Source: Flavobacterium sp.
GTDB lineage: Bacteria > Bacteroidota > Bacteroidia > Flavobacteriales > Flavobacteriaceae
Reading direction: 5' to 3'
Assembly: GCF_044341265.1 (NCBI RefSeq)
Contig: NZ_JBIISA010000009.1
Coordinates: forward strand, 49,077-113,076
Length of the DNA stretch: 64,000 bases
Each line of letters begins with the position of its first letter. Position 1 is the first letter of the stretch. The notes under the pieces are model-generated. The model was not told where the DNA came from and ran no database searches. It saw only the letters and a program-made list of their open reading frames with translations. The translations under genes and the position numbers were made by a program. Positions 19,785-29,293 of the stretch are shown piece by piece.

Positions 19785-21008
19785 ATGCCATTAATTGACT
19801 ATAGTTTTTTAAGCAAAATTTTACCGAAAGCGAAGATTAAAAAATCCTTCCAAAAAGCGAAACAATCTTATCTTATTCGAATAAGAATAGCTACTTCATT
19901 ATTTTTCTTCGGAATGGGTTTTTGCTTTGCAACTTGGGCAAGTAGAATTCCTGATTTAAAATTAAGCTTGAATTTAAGCGAATCTGATTTAGGTTCAATT
20001 TTATTTGCTTTACCGGCAGGTCAATTAATTGCTATGCCATTGTCCGGAATAGTTGTTGCAAAATATGGTAGTAGAAAAATAGCCATTTTAGGACTTTTTG
20101 TTTATGCTTTTTTCTTGACTTTATTGGGTTTACCGACAGAAAGTTGGCAATTAGCTTTAGGTTTATTTCTCTTCGGTTTTTTTGGTAATTTTTGCAATAT
20201 TGCTGTTAATAGCCAAGGCGTTTTTACACAACAATTATTTGACAAACCTATCACAGGTTCATTTCATGGTTCATGGAGTTTAGCAGGATTTTCAGGAGCT
20301 TTATTGGCATTGTTGATGCTGTTTTTAAAACTAACTCCATTTCAACATTTCCTAATAGTTTTATTGATTATCACAATATTAATTGCAACTAATTATAATT
20401 ATTTAGTAAAAGTCAAACCTCAAAAACCAGTAGAAAAAGAGAAAACCTCATTCTTCAAAATTCAAGATAAGACTTTGATTTGGTATGGATTGATTTGCTT
20501 TTTATGCATGGCAAGTGAAGGAATAATGTTTGATTGGAGTGGCGTTTATTTCAAAGAAATAGTAAAAGCTCCAGGCGCATTAGCTATTTTGGGTTACACT
20601 TCCTTTATGATAACTATGGCAATTGGACGATTTTTGAGCGATATTTTAGTTCGAAAATTTGGTTCAAGAAATGTGATTCTTACCAGTGGATTTGTGATAT
20701 CAATCGGATTATATTGCGCTGTTTTATTTCCTTATTTGATTCCCTGTACAATGGCTTTTATGTTAGTTGGATTTGGAGTTTCCAATGTAATTCCGATTGT
20801 TTTTAATGCCGCTGGAAACAGTAAAAAAGTTACAACAAGTGTTGCATTGACAATAGTCTCAAGCATCAGCTTTGTCGGATTTTTAATTGGACCACCAATA
20901 ATAGGTTACATCGCCGAACTTACAAGCTTGAAATATTCGTTTGCCTTTATTGGAGTTTTTGGCGTCTTAATTTCGACTTTATCCTATAAACTGAAGTTGT
21001 TTAGATAG
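19785..21008 (+). CDS. MFS transporter (YbjJ-like)
   Basis: FATWASRIP, FHGSWSLAG, MASEGIMFDWSGVY, GPPIIGYIAE; about 12 TM segments. Confidence 0.88.
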   Translation: MPLIDYSFLSKILPKAKIKKSFQKAKQSYLIRIRIATSLFFFGMGFCFATWASRIPDLKLSLNLSESDLGSILFALPAGQLIAMPLSGIVVAKYGSRKIAILGLFVYAFFLTLLGLPTESWQLALGLFLFGFFGNFCNIAVNSQGVFTQQLFDKPITGSFHGSWSLAGFSGALLALLMLFLKLTPFQHFLIVLLIITILIATNYNYLVKVKPQKPVEKEKTSFFKIQDKTLIWYGLICFLCMASEGIMFDWSGVYFKEIVKAPGALAILGYTSFMITMAIGRFLSDILVRKFGSRNVILTSGFVISIGLYCAVLFPYLIPCTMAFMLVGFGVSNVIPIVFNAAGNSKKVTTSVALTIVSSISFVGFLIGPPIIGYIAELTSLKYSFAFIGVFGVLISTLSYKLKLFR

Positions 21009-21010
21009 AA

Positions 21011-21532
21011 TTATTGAATATCCGAATTTTCAATTAATTTGATTAATTCTTCTTTCTTTTCAGAATATTTTTCAAAACCACAGTTAGTTCCCATTTTTGA
21101 ATAATACTTTGTATAATTTTCAAATTGATTTTTATAATACTCAGATTTTAAATAAAAATATAAAGTTTCATTATCTAAAACATCTAATTTTTCTGAGGAA
21201 AGTTTGTTTAATTTGTATTCAGAATTAAGATTATTTATTTCTTTTATAAATTTGTCTTGAACAGTAACTTTCTCTTCTTTATTTTTTGACTTTAAGTCTA
21301 TAAATAATTTATCAAGTTTTATTGTTATTTGATTTAATGTATCCAATTTCCCTGATTTATAACCAAAATCTTCTTGTTTTGCACTAATTGCTTCAGAAAT
21401 TTGCTTAACTTGAATTTCATAAAAACTAGAAGTTTCTTTTAAATTTTCAAGAAGTAAACTTTCTGTAGTAAACTTTTCCTTCTTACAAGAAAAACATAGT
21501 AGAACTAAAAATAGAATTACAATTTTATTCAT
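21011..21532 (-). CDS. Hypothetical lipoprotein
   Basis: MNKIVILFLVLLCFSC lipoprotein signal from the ATG at 21532; helical and very AT-rich. Confidence 0.6.
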   Translation of the reverse strand: MNKIVILFLVLLCFSCKKEKFTTESLLLENLKETSSFYEIQVKQISEAISAKQEDFGYKSGKLDTLNQITIKLDKLFIDLKSKNKEEKVTVQDKFIKEINNLNSEYKLNKLSSEKLDVLDNETLYFYLKSEYYKNQFENYTKYYSKMGTNCGFEKYSEKKEELIKLIENSDIQ

Positions 21533-21563
21533 ATATTCATAATTAGTTTTCTTTAAATAGCTT

Positions 21564-21917
21564 TTAATCAGCAACAAAATAATCTAAATCATTATGTCTT
21601 GGTACAATATAAACTCGTTCCCAAACATCTCCATCAAGAATTTTCCACGAATGACCTTCGCCATCAATATCTTTTGCAATTAGAATAATTCCTGGCTCAA
21701 TTATAAACGTATTTCCTTCGGAAGTTGTGAACTCTAGTTTTCCTTTTAAAGTTACTACAAATTGTTCTCTTGGTGCTGTGTGTTGCTCTTGTTGCCAAGG
21801 TTCAATCTTGGTTTGAATGTTGAAATATTCGACTTCAATTTTATGGTATTCTGGCAAAGTTCCTGATTCAAAATAGGAATTTCCAAGATCATCATTTAGT
21901 AATCGAATTGCTTTCAT
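21564..21917 (-). CDS. Cupin-fold hypothetical protein
   Basis: HTAPREQFVVTLKG...EPGIILIAKDIDGEGHSW cupin-like motif. Confidence 0.75.
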   Translation of the reverse strand: MKAIRLLNDDLGNSYFESGTLPEYHKIEVEYFNIQTKIEPWQQEQHTAPREQFVVTLKGKLEFTTSEGNTFIIEPGIILIAKDIDGEGHSWKILDGDVWERVYIVPRHNDLDYFVAD

Positions 21918-21924
21918 ATTTAAT

Positions 21925-22140
21925 TTACAAACTCAATCTAAATTCCTCAATTACGGGACTTGCTTTTCCGTAATCAACTTCTTGGATAAATAATTCTGCT
22001 ACTCTTGAAGTTTGAATACTTGGCAAAACATTCGCTTGATTGTTATGTCTTAAAACTGTATTTATCCCGACTGCTTCTATTTTTTCTTGTAATGAAATAG
22101 CTAGAACTTCTTCTCCTGAAAATATTTTGATTAAACCCAT
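21925..22140 (-). CDS. DUF2007-like small protein (putative signal-transducing protein)
   Basis: 71 aa: IFSGEEVLAISLQEKIEAVGI...ELFIQEVDY. Confidence 0.65.
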   Translation of the reverse strand: MGLIKIFSGEEVLAISLQEKIEAVGINTVLRHNNQANVLPSIQTSRVAELFIQEVDYGKASPVIEEFRLSL

Positions 22141-22196
22141 TTTTGTATTTTATATTGTATAGATGTATAATGTAAACTGCAACTTATTACTGAAAA

Positions 22197-22817
22197 CTAC
22201 TCCTCGTCTTCCATTTCGAAGAAAAGCGGTTCAATCATGATTTTATCTGCTAAAGTTTCTACTCTTTCAGTGATTTCTGAGCAAAAGAAAATGCGTTGTG
22301 TTTTCTCTACACTTGCAGAAAGTCTAAGAATTATTGCATCCATTCGGTTTCTGAATAGCATATCTGCGTCATCAACGATAAACATTTTTATTGTATTCAT
22401 ATTGAATCCTGCAGATGAAAATAAGGCGTTGATTTTATTTGGTGTTCCAATAAGTATATCTAAACCCATAGAAATTACATTTTTGTCATAATCGGTATCG
22501 CCTTTGTCATGAACTCCAAAAATACTTAAGTCAGTATAATTTCCGTATTTCAAGAAAAGCTCTTCCATTTCTAGAACTCGTTCTTTGTTTTCAACAATGA
22601 TTAAGGCACGAGTACTTTCGTCGTGGGTTTTTTCTAATCGCTGAATCACATTTAAAACAATAGTTGTAGTTTTTCCTGTTCTGCTTGGTGATTGAATTAC
22701 TGCGTCTTTTCCACTTTTAATAGTTGAAAATGTTTCTTGTTGCATTTCATTTGCTTCGATTAACTCGTTTTCAATTAGTGCTTGCTGTAAGTTTGGGTTT
22801 ATTTTTTTTAATTGCAT
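22197..22817 (-). CDS. Single-domain, degenerate DEAD-box-like protein
   Basis: Q-motif-like ANEMQ, SPSRTGKT (Walker A variant), GTPNK, IVDDAD; no HELICc domain. Confidence 0.75.
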   Translation of the reverse strand: MQLKKINPNLQQALIENELIEANEMQQETFSTIKSGKDAVIQSPSRTGKTTTIVLNVIQRLEKTHDESTRALIIVENKERVLEMEELFLKYGNYTDLSIFGVHDKGDTDYDKNVISMGLDILIGTPNKINALFSSAGFNMNTIKMFIVDDADMLFRNRMDAIILRLSASVEKTQRIFFCSEITERVETLADKIMIEPLFFEMEDEE

Positions 22818-22824
22818 TTCTTTT

Positions 22825-22889
22825 AGTTGTCGGTTGTCAGTTGTCGGTTGTCAGTTCTTTTTAATGACTGATAACAGATAACTGACAAC
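22825..22889. repeat. Heptamer tandem arms in inverted orientation
   Basis: (agttgtc ggttgtc)x2 agtt - 9-nt spacer - actgata acagata actgaca ac; the arms are reverse complements over 10 bp. Confidence 0.75.
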
Positions 22890-22892
22890 AAT

Positions 22893-24056
22893 TTATTTAC
22901 TTGCGAATAACTTCACGTCTGTTTCAGAAATTTCGTTTCCTCCTAATATTATTAAGCGTTCTACTACGTTTCTTAATTCACGAATGTTACCTGTCCAATC
23001 GTATTCTTGTAACAATTTGGTAGCTTCAGTTGAAAATGTTTTTTGAGCATTTCCTTGTTCTTCAGCTATTTTTGAGGCAAAATGTTCGATTAGCAAAGGT
23101 ATGTCATCTCGTCGATCATTCAATGCTGGAACTTTAATTAAAATTACCGCCAATCTGTGGTATAAATCTTCACGGAAACGTCCTTCTTCAATTTCTTTTT
23201 TCAAATCTTTGTTGGTTGCAGCAACTACACGAACATTGACTTTTATATCTTTATCAGCACCAACTCTTTGAATCAAACTTTCTTGTAAAGCTCTTAAAAC
23301 TTTAGCTTGTGCTGCCAAACTCATATCTCCAATTTCATCAAGAAAAATAGTTCCACCATCGGCTGCTTCGAATTTTCCTGCACGGTCTTTTACAGCTGAT
23401 GTAAACGCACCTTTTACGTGACCAAACAACTCACTTTCAATCAATTCGGATGGAATTGCAGCACAGTTTACTTCGATTAATGGATAAGCCGCTCTTTCGC
23501 TTTTTTCGTGTAATTGATGAGCTACTAATTCTTTTCCAGTTCCGTTTGGACCTGTGATTAAAACTCTTGCGTCAGTTTGAGCTACTTTTTCAATCATCTG
23601 TTTGATGTGATTGATTGGTTCTGAATTTCCAATCATTTCGTAGTTTTTGCTGACTTTTTTCTTTAGAATTTTGTTTTCAACAACCAATTGTTTTTTGTCT
23701 AAAGCATTACGAACTGTATTCAAAAGACGATTTAAATCGGGTGGTTTTGAAATATAATCGAATGCTCCAAGACGCATAGTATTGATAGCTGTTTCCATAT
23801 CACCGTGACCTGAAATCATTACGATTGGAATTTCGGGTTTGATTTTTTTTACGGCTTCTAATAATTCTTCGCCGTCCATTTTTGGCATTTTGATGTCGCA
23901 AAGTACCAAATCGTAATCTGAATTTTTTATTTTTTCAAGTCCTTGAACGCCATCTTCGGCTTCTTCTACTTGGTAAGTATCATTTTCTTCAGAAAGAATT
24001 TTGGTTAAAACTCTTCTGATGGATGCTTCGTCTTCTATTATTAATATTTTTGACAT
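22893..24056 (-). CDS. Sigma54-interacting response regulator (REC + AAA+), no C-terminal HTH
   Basis: ILIIEDE..LVLCDIKMPKMDG; GPNGTGKE, ESELFGHVKGAFTSA, LFLDEIGD-like IFLDEIGD, WTGNIRELRN; ends about 20 aa later. Confidence 0.9.
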   Translation of the reverse strand: MSKILIIEDEASIRRVLTKILSEENDTYQVEEAEDGVQGLEKIKNSDYDLVLCDIKMPKMDGEELLEAVKKIKPEIPIVMISGHGDMETAINTMRLGAFDYISKPPDLNRLLNTVRNALDKKQLVVENKILKKKVSKNYEMIGNSEPINHIKQMIEKVAQTDARVLITGPNGTGKELVAHQLHEKSERAAYPLIEVNCAAIPSELIESELFGHVKGAFTSAVKDRAGKFEAADGGTIFLDEIGDMSLAAQAKVLRALQESLIQRVGADKDIKVNVRVVAATNKDLKKEIEEGRFREDLYHRLAVILIKVPALNDRRDDIPLLIEHFASKIAEEQGNAQKTFSTEATKLLQEYDWTGNIRELRNVVERLIILGGNEISETDVKLFASK

Positions 24057-24125
24057 ACTTTTTTATATGTTGTAAATTGGATATTGAGTGTTCAAAGGTA
24101 ACAAAAATTAAAATGGTTTTTCTCT

Positions 24126-24168
24126 TAGCCCTGATTGGAGCAGTTACCTTGTAACGCGGAAAGCAGGA
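24126..24168 (+). ncRNA. Flavo-1-like structured repeat/RNA (copy 1)
   Basis: tagccctgat-tggagca-gttac ctt gtaac-gcggaaagcagga; conserved ends shared with the copies at 29075 and 36654. Confidence 0.55.
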
Positions 24169-24212
24169 ATAAGGATTACTGATAAAGCCCAAGCTATTCG
24201 CTTCAAATAATT

Positions 24213-24614
24213 TTACTTTTTCTTTATAACAGCAATACCTGAAAAGGATACCGCTTGAAAAGTTTGATTAGGTTCTGTTGTAAAAACCAATCCCATTTCT
24301 CTTGTTACATAACCTTTTTTAATTCCGATTACGGCATCACAACATTTTGATTTTGCTAGATTAGTAAGTGTTTTTAGTTGGTCTTCTTCTCTTCCTGTGT
24401 ATTCAGCTTGTACCTCTATTAAACCTATTCTTTCATATTCAAAATTAACTGGTTCGCCTTCAAAAAGTAATTGAACTTCGGTTGGTGGTGATGGACAATT
24501 ATCTTTGTAATCAGTTTTTAACGGAGTAAAAATTTCATGAGGACTATATCCAACACACGAATGAAGCAAAATAGATACAATTGCTAAAGAAAATAATCGA
24601 AAAAAGATTTTCAT
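24213..24614 (-). CDS. Hypothetical lipoprotein (possibly YbjQ/RcsF-like fold)
   Basis: LLHSC lipobox; YERIGLIEV...LAKSKCCDAVIGIK. Confidence 0.6.
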   Translation of the reverse strand: MKIFFRLFSLAIVSILLHSCVGYSPHEIFTPLKTDYKDNCPSPPTEVQLLFEGEPVNFEYERIGLIEVQAEYTGREEDQLKTLTNLAKSKCCDAVIGIKKGYVTREMGLVFTTEPNQTFQAVSFSGIAVIKKK

Positions 24615-24619
24615 TTTAA

Positions 24620-25927
24620 TTAATATTTAAGCCATTTATAAAGTTCTTTCCAAGATGGTTTTTTACCGTACATTAGAATTCCGACGCGGTAAATTTTACT
24701 TGCGAACCAAACTACACCAAGAAATGTACCAAAAAGTAAGGTCATTGAAATGGCAATTTGCCACCAAGGCACGCCAAAAGGAATACGCATCATCATTACG
24801 ATTGGTGATGTAAGTGGAATCATTGAAAAAACAGTTGCCACAGTTCCGTGAGGATCGTTTATTACAGTGAAAAATCCAATATAAACTCCAAGAATTAAAG
24901 GCATTATTATTGGCAGCAAGAATTGTTGCGAATCAGTTTCATTATCAACAGCTGCACCAATGGATGCGTAAAATGAACTATAAAGAAAGTAGCCACCAAT
25001 GAAGTAGAAAATGAACGAAACTAGAATGGTTGCTATTGGCAAATTCCACAACTCTTTGATATACATTTGAATATTGCTACCCATTCCTTTTTGAGCCATT
25101 TGCATTGCTTCTTGAGTTTGTGCCGATGATGTTGCTCCCATTTGAACTCCAAAAATAGACGACATTATAAACATCGCTGTCATACCAAGTAATGCCCAAA
25201 TCATGAATTGCAAGATTCCTGCTAATGAGGTTCCAATAATTTTTCCCATCATTAATTGGAAAGGTTTTACTGATGAAATGATTACTTCAATAATACGAGA
25301 CGTTTTTTCTTCAATAACGCTTCGCATAACCATATTTCCGTAGATAACAATGAACATCATGATTAAATATCCGAAAGCACCACCGATTCCTATTTTGATT
25401 TCGTTTAACCCTTTCAAGGCAGTTTCACCCGATGCTTTGTTTAGTTTTATAGAAACATCTGCTTTCGATTGATTGATTTTTAAGGTATCTAAACCTTGTT
25501 TTTGATAATTTTCAGCCGTAATTCTTTTAGCTATCACGTCTTCAATATCTTCAACGAACATCACACCTGGACTATCATTTGAAACATATTGAATGTTCTT
25601 TTGAAGTGAAGTATTATCAGTAGATTTTGGAATGATTAGAAGCCCTTCATAGCTTTCGCTGATGATGCTGTCTTTTAAAATTTTTAAATCTACATTGGAT
25701 AGATTTAGGTATTTGTATTCGTCATCGCTTTTGAAATCATTGAAAAATCTTCCGGTTTCGTCGTGTATGGCAATGGTTTTTAAATCAGCTTTCATTTGAC
25801 TCAGATAACCAACAAAAACTCCAATTCCGACAAATAACAACGGACTCAAAAACGTCATTACAATGAAGGATTTATTGCGAACTTTGGCAATGAATTCTCT
25901 TTTTATGATTAGTAGTAGCTTGCTCAT
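24620..25927 (-). CDS. ABC-2 type transporter permease (NatB-like)
   Basis: REFIAKVR, VMRSVIEEKTSRIIEVIISS, GKIIG, IPLTSPIVMMMR. Confidence 0.9.
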   Translation of the reverse strand: MSKLLLIIKREFIAKVRNKSFIVMTFLSPLLFVGIGVFVGYLSQMKADLKTIAIHDETGRFFNDFKSDDEYKYLNLSNVDLKILKDSIISESYEGLLIIPKSTDNTSLQKNIQYVSNDSPGVMFVEDIEDVIAKRITAENYQKQGLDTLKINQSKADVSIKLNKASGETALKGLNEIKIGIGGAFGYLIMMFIVIYGNMVMRSVIEEKTSRIIEVIISSVKPFQLMMGKIIGTSLAGILQFMIWALLGMTAMFIMSSIFGVQMGATSSAQTQEAMQMAQKGMGSNIQMYIKELWNLPIATILVSFIFYFIGGYFLYSSFYASIGAAVDNETDSQQFLLPIIMPLILGVYIGFFTVINDPHGTVATVFSMIPLTSPIVMMMRIPFGVPWWQIAISMTLLFGTFLGVVWFASKIYRVGILMYGKKPSWKELYKWLKY

Positions 25928-25930
25928 TTT

Positions 25931-26016
25931 TTAGATTATTGGATTTTTAGATTATTGGATTATTGGATTTTTAAGCTTGATAAAGAAATCAGAAAATCCA
26001 AAAATCTAACCATCTA
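25931..26016. repeat. Tandem repeat arms in inverted orientation
   Basis: ttagattattggattt repeats on the left; aatccaaaaatctaa on the right (14/15 reverse-complement match). Confidence 0.7.
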
Positions 26017-26934
26017 TTCAGTAACTGTTTTAATAAAAATATCGTTTACACTTGGGATTTTTTCCATAAAATGGGTTACTTGTCCGCGTTGAATTAAGGT
26101 ATTTAATAATTCATTTGGAGTTGCAGTTCCAAGGTTGATTTCTAGTTTTAATTCATCGTTTAGTGATTTGAAATCAGTTTGAGAAAGTGTGAATTTTTGT
26201 GATAAATCATACATCAAACCTTCGATATTGTTGCTTAGAATTCCGACTTCGTAACTGTTGGTTCTGAATTGTTTTTTGACATCGGTTAATTTTCCTTCAA
26301 TCAATTTATTGGATTTGTGAATTAATGCAATGTAATCGCACATTTCTTCAACGCTTTCCATTCGGTGTGTTGAAAAAATTACAGACGTTCCTTGCTTGTT
26401 CAATTCGATGATTTCATCTTTAATCAAATTGGCATTTACTGGATCAAATCCTGAGAAAGGTTCGTCTAGAATTAATAATTTTGGTTTGTGTAAAACCGTT
26501 ACTACAAATTGCACTTTTTGAGCCATTCCTTTGGAAAGTTCTTGCATTTTCTTATTCCACCAACCTTGAATTTCTAATCGATCAAACCAATAATCTAATT
26601 GCGTTTTGGCTTCTTGCTTAGTTAAACCTTTTAGTTGAGCTAAATACAAGCATTGCTCACCAACTTTCATAGTTTTGTACAAACCACGTTCTTCTGGCAT
26701 ATATCCAATGAAGGCAACGTGTTCTGGTTTTAAAGGTTCGCCATCTAGGATTACTTCACCACTATCGGGCATTGTAATTTGGTTGATGATTCTAATTAAG
26801 GATGTTTTTCCGGCGCCATTTGGACCAAGAAGTCCGTAGATGCTGCCTTTTGGAACTGAAAGAGAAACTTCGTTTAGCGCGGTATAATCACCATATTGCT
26901 TTACGACATTTTTTACTTCAAGTATATTGCTCAT
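26014..26934 (-). CDS. ABC transporter ATP-binding protein (NatA-like, DUF4162 tail)
   Basis: GPNGAGKT, GYMPEERGLY, LSKGMAQK, ILDEPFSGFD; start placed at MSNILEV (26934). Confidence 0.92.
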   Translation of the reverse strand: MSNILEVKNVVKQYGDYTALNEVSLSVPKGSIYGLLGPNGAGKTSLIRIINQITMPDSGEVILDGEPLKPEHVAFIGYMPEERGLYKTMKVGEQCLYLAQLKGLTKQEAKTQLDYWFDRLEIQGWWNKKMQELSKGMAQKVQFVVTVLHKPKLLILDEPFSGFDPVNANLIKDEIIELNKQGTSVIFSTHRMESVEEMCDYIALIHKSNKLIEGKLTDVKKQFRTNSYEVGILSNNIEGLMYDLSQKFTLSQTDFKSLNDELKLEINLGTATPNELLNTLIQRGQVTHFMEKIPSVNDIFIKTVTE

Positions 26935-27097
26935 TATGAAAATTAATTTGTGTAAAAGTACAGAATTAGTAGCTATTTGAAAGTTTTTGTTACAAAAAAA
27001 ACCCACCCTTATTTTGACACAAGGATGGGAAAAATTGCTATGAAAAAGAAATTACCTGTTTCCAAGTAATTAGTCAAATGTAGAAATAATTTTATAA

Positions 27098-28222
27098 TTA
27101 TGAAAACATATCTTTAACTTTTTCAAAAAAAGATTTATCGCTCTTTTCTGGATGCGGAATAAAGTTATCATCAGTCAGCGATTTCTCAAAGAATTGTCGT
27201 TGTTCTTTGTTTAATGTCTTTGGTGTCCAAACGTTTACGTGAACTAATAAATCACCACTTCCGTAGCTGTTTAAACTCGGAATTCCCTTACCTTTTAGTC
27301 GTAAAATCTTACCCGACTGGATTCCTTCTTCTAGTTTGATACGAACTTTTCCGTTTACGGCTTCAATTTCTTTAGAAACTCCTAAAGCGGCTTCTGGGTA
27401 ACTTATATATAAATCATAGTGAAGATTTTCACCTTCACGTTTCAAAAATTCGTGTTCTAATTCTTCAATTGCTACAATTAAGTCACCTGCAATTCCGTTT
27501 CCTGGTGCGTCATTTCCTTTTCCAGAAACTTTAAGCTGCATTCCATCAACAACTCCTGCTGGAATTTTGATTGAAACAGTTTCATCTTCGAGAATCATTC
27601 CGTGCGCATCAGCATTGTTGGGTTTGCTTTCAATAGTTTGTCCTGCACCACCACATGTTGGACAAGTAGTAGCTGTTTGCATTCTACCCAAAATAGTGTT
27701 AGTAACTCTCAAAACCTGACCTTGACCATTACATGCCGAACAAGTTTTATATTTAACGCCTGGCGCTTGTATTTTTCTTTTAACTTTTACTTTTTTCTCA
27801 ACACCATTGGCAACTTCTTCTAAAGTTAATTTAACTTTGATACGAAGATTGCTTCCTTTTACACGACGTTGTCCACCTGAGTTTCCACCGAAACCACCAC
27901 TGAATCCGCCACCGCCAAAAGCACTTCCAAAAATATCACCGAATTGGCTGAAAATATCATCCATATTCATGTGACCGCCACCACCATAACCTCCAGCGCC
28001 ATCGAATGCTTGATGTCCGTATTGGTCGTATTTTGCTTTTTTGTTTGGATCGCTTAAAACTTCGTATGCTTCTGCACAAAGTTTGAAATTTTCCTCTGCT
28101 TCTGCATTTCCTGGATTTTTATCAGGATGAAATTCTATAGCTTTCTTTCGATAGGCTTTTTTAATTTCTTCTGGTGTGGCACTTTTTGTGATGCCTAATA
28201 TTTCGTAAAAATCTTTTTTCAT
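27098..28222 (-). CDS. dnaJ: Chaperone DnaJ
   Basis: J-domain HPD, G/F-rich linker, CSACNGQG and CPTCGGAG Zn-finger repeats. Confidence 0.97.
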   Translation of the reverse strand: MKKDFYEILGITKSATPEEIKKAYRKKAIEFHPDKNPGNAEAEENFKLCAEAYEVLSDPNKKAKYDQYGHQAFDGAGGYGGGGHMNMDDIFSQFGDIFGSAFGGGGFSGGFGGNSGGQRRVKGSNLRIKVKLTLEEVANGVEKKVKVKRKIQAPGVKYKTCSACNGQGQVLRVTNTILGRMQTATTCPTCGGAGQTIESKPNNADAHGMILEDETVSIKIPAGVVDGMQLKVSGKGNDAPGNGIAGDLIVAIEELEHEFLKREGENLHYDLYISYPEAALGVSKEIEAVNGKVRIKLEEGIQSGKILRLKGKGIPSLNSYGSGDLLVHVNVWTPKTLNKEQRQFFEKSLTDDNFIPHPEKSDKSFFEKVKDMFS

Positions 28223-28228
28223 GTTCTT

Positions 28229-28258
28229 GTATTAAGATTTAAGTATTAAGAATTAAGA
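28229..28258. repeat. 7-bp tandem repeat
   Basis: gtattaa gatttaa gtattaa gaattaa. Confidence 0.65.
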
Positions 28259-28288
28259 CCAAGTCAAAACCCAATACATAAAAATATA

Positions 28289-28891
28289 TTATTGTCCTAA
28301 AATAACCTTTGGGAAACGAATTATCTTGTCTCCTAATTTGTAACCTTTTTCTATTACGTCAACGATTTTTCCTTTTAAATCGTCTGATGGTGCTGGAATT
28401 TGGGTAATTGCTTCTGCAAAATCGGCATTGAAAGCATCACCTGTTCTAATGTCAAGTTCTTCTAATCCTTTGGAAACTAGTGTTGATTTTAATTTTTCAT
28501 GAATTAATTCAACTCCTTTTAATAAAACCTCGTCTTCAGATTTTGCTATTTGAATCATAGCTCTGTCAAAATCGTCAAGAACTGGCAACATGGCTTGTAG
28601 CACTTCTTGATTGGCAGTTCTAAATAAATCGATGCGTTCTTTTGATGTACGTTTTTTATAGTTTTCGAATTCCGCAAAAAGGCGTAGAAATTTATCTTTT
28701 TCTTTTGCTAATTCTTCTTCTAATTTTTGCTCAACGGTTAATTCTTCAGCGGCTTCAACTCCTGGAGTTGCTTCTTCAGTAGGATTTCCTTCTGATTGGG
28801 TTGCCATTTCATTTTCATTTTCAAGAATTTCTTTATCAGTATTTTCAGTACTCATTGTGCTTTTATTTTTAAATATATTTTTGATGTTCAT
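28289..28891 (-). CDS. grpE: Nucleotide exchange factor GrpE
   Basis: LRLFAEFENYKKR, LPVLDDFDRA, EKGYKLGDKIIRFPKV. Start at 28891 or 28855; the track start (28954) lies upstream of the promoter. Confidence 0.95.
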   Translation of the reverse strand: MNIKNIFKNKSTMSTENTDKEILENENEMATQSEGNPTEEATPGVEAAEELTVEQKLEEELAKEKDKFLRLFAEFENYKKRTSKERIDLFRTANQEVLQAMLPVLDDFDRAMIQIAKSEDEVLLKGVELIHEKLKSTLVSKGLEELDIRTGDAFNADFAEAITQIPAPSDDLKGKIVDVIEKGYKLGDKIIRFPKVILGQ

Positions 28892-28920
28892 TGTTGGTTT
28901 TTTGTTCCGAAGAATTTGGT

Positions 28921-28961
28921 TGCAAAAGTACTGCCATTTCTTTAAAAATGTCAAATTGTCA
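28921..28961 (-). promoter_or_regulatory. grpE-dnaJ promoter: TTTG-N21-TACTTTTG overlapping a sigma54-like TGGCA-N7-TTGCA, with an upstream TGACA direct repeat
   Basis: Minus strand reads TGACAattTGACA-tttttaaagaaa-TGGCAGTACTTTTGCA. Confidence 0.55.
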
Positions 28962-29074
28962 CATATTTTTTACCACAAAGTCACGAATAAAATACAAAGA
29001 GCATAAAGTTAAAATTTGTTATTTTATGAAAATATCTTGTAGAAAACTGAATTTAGAAGCCTAAAGATTGAGTT

Positions 29075-29120
29075 TAGCCGTGATGGGATCTCGTCTATTG
29101 GGACGAGAGGACAGCGCGAA
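29075..29120 (+). ncRNA. Flavo-1-like structured repeat/RNA (copy 2)
   Basis: tagccgtgat-ggga-tctcgtc tattgg gacgaga-ggacagcgcgaa; perfect 7-bp inner stem. Confidence 0.5.
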
Positions 29121-29262
29121 AATGGATTAAAAAATGCCTGAAGTGATGCTTCTTAAAAACTTTAATAAAACTTTAAGAGTTTTGCTACTCGAAATCGTTA
29201 TATTTGGATTTATAAAAGGTTATGATTCGCTGAAAAGCAAAAGATATTATTAATTCAAGTTG

Positions 29263-29293
29263 AAAAAAGTTCTAGTAAAAGCTAGAACTTTTT
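29263..29293. terminator. Intrinsic terminator after the TIGR01777 gene
   Basis: aaaaaagttctag-taaaag-ctagaactttttt. Confidence 0.8.

Noticed and set aside
29199-29293. Possible ~80-nt sRNA from a TATATTTG box to the terminator
   Set aside because: The terminator is explained by the convergent TIGR01777 gene, -33 spacing is off, and the octamer is common in AT-rich DNA
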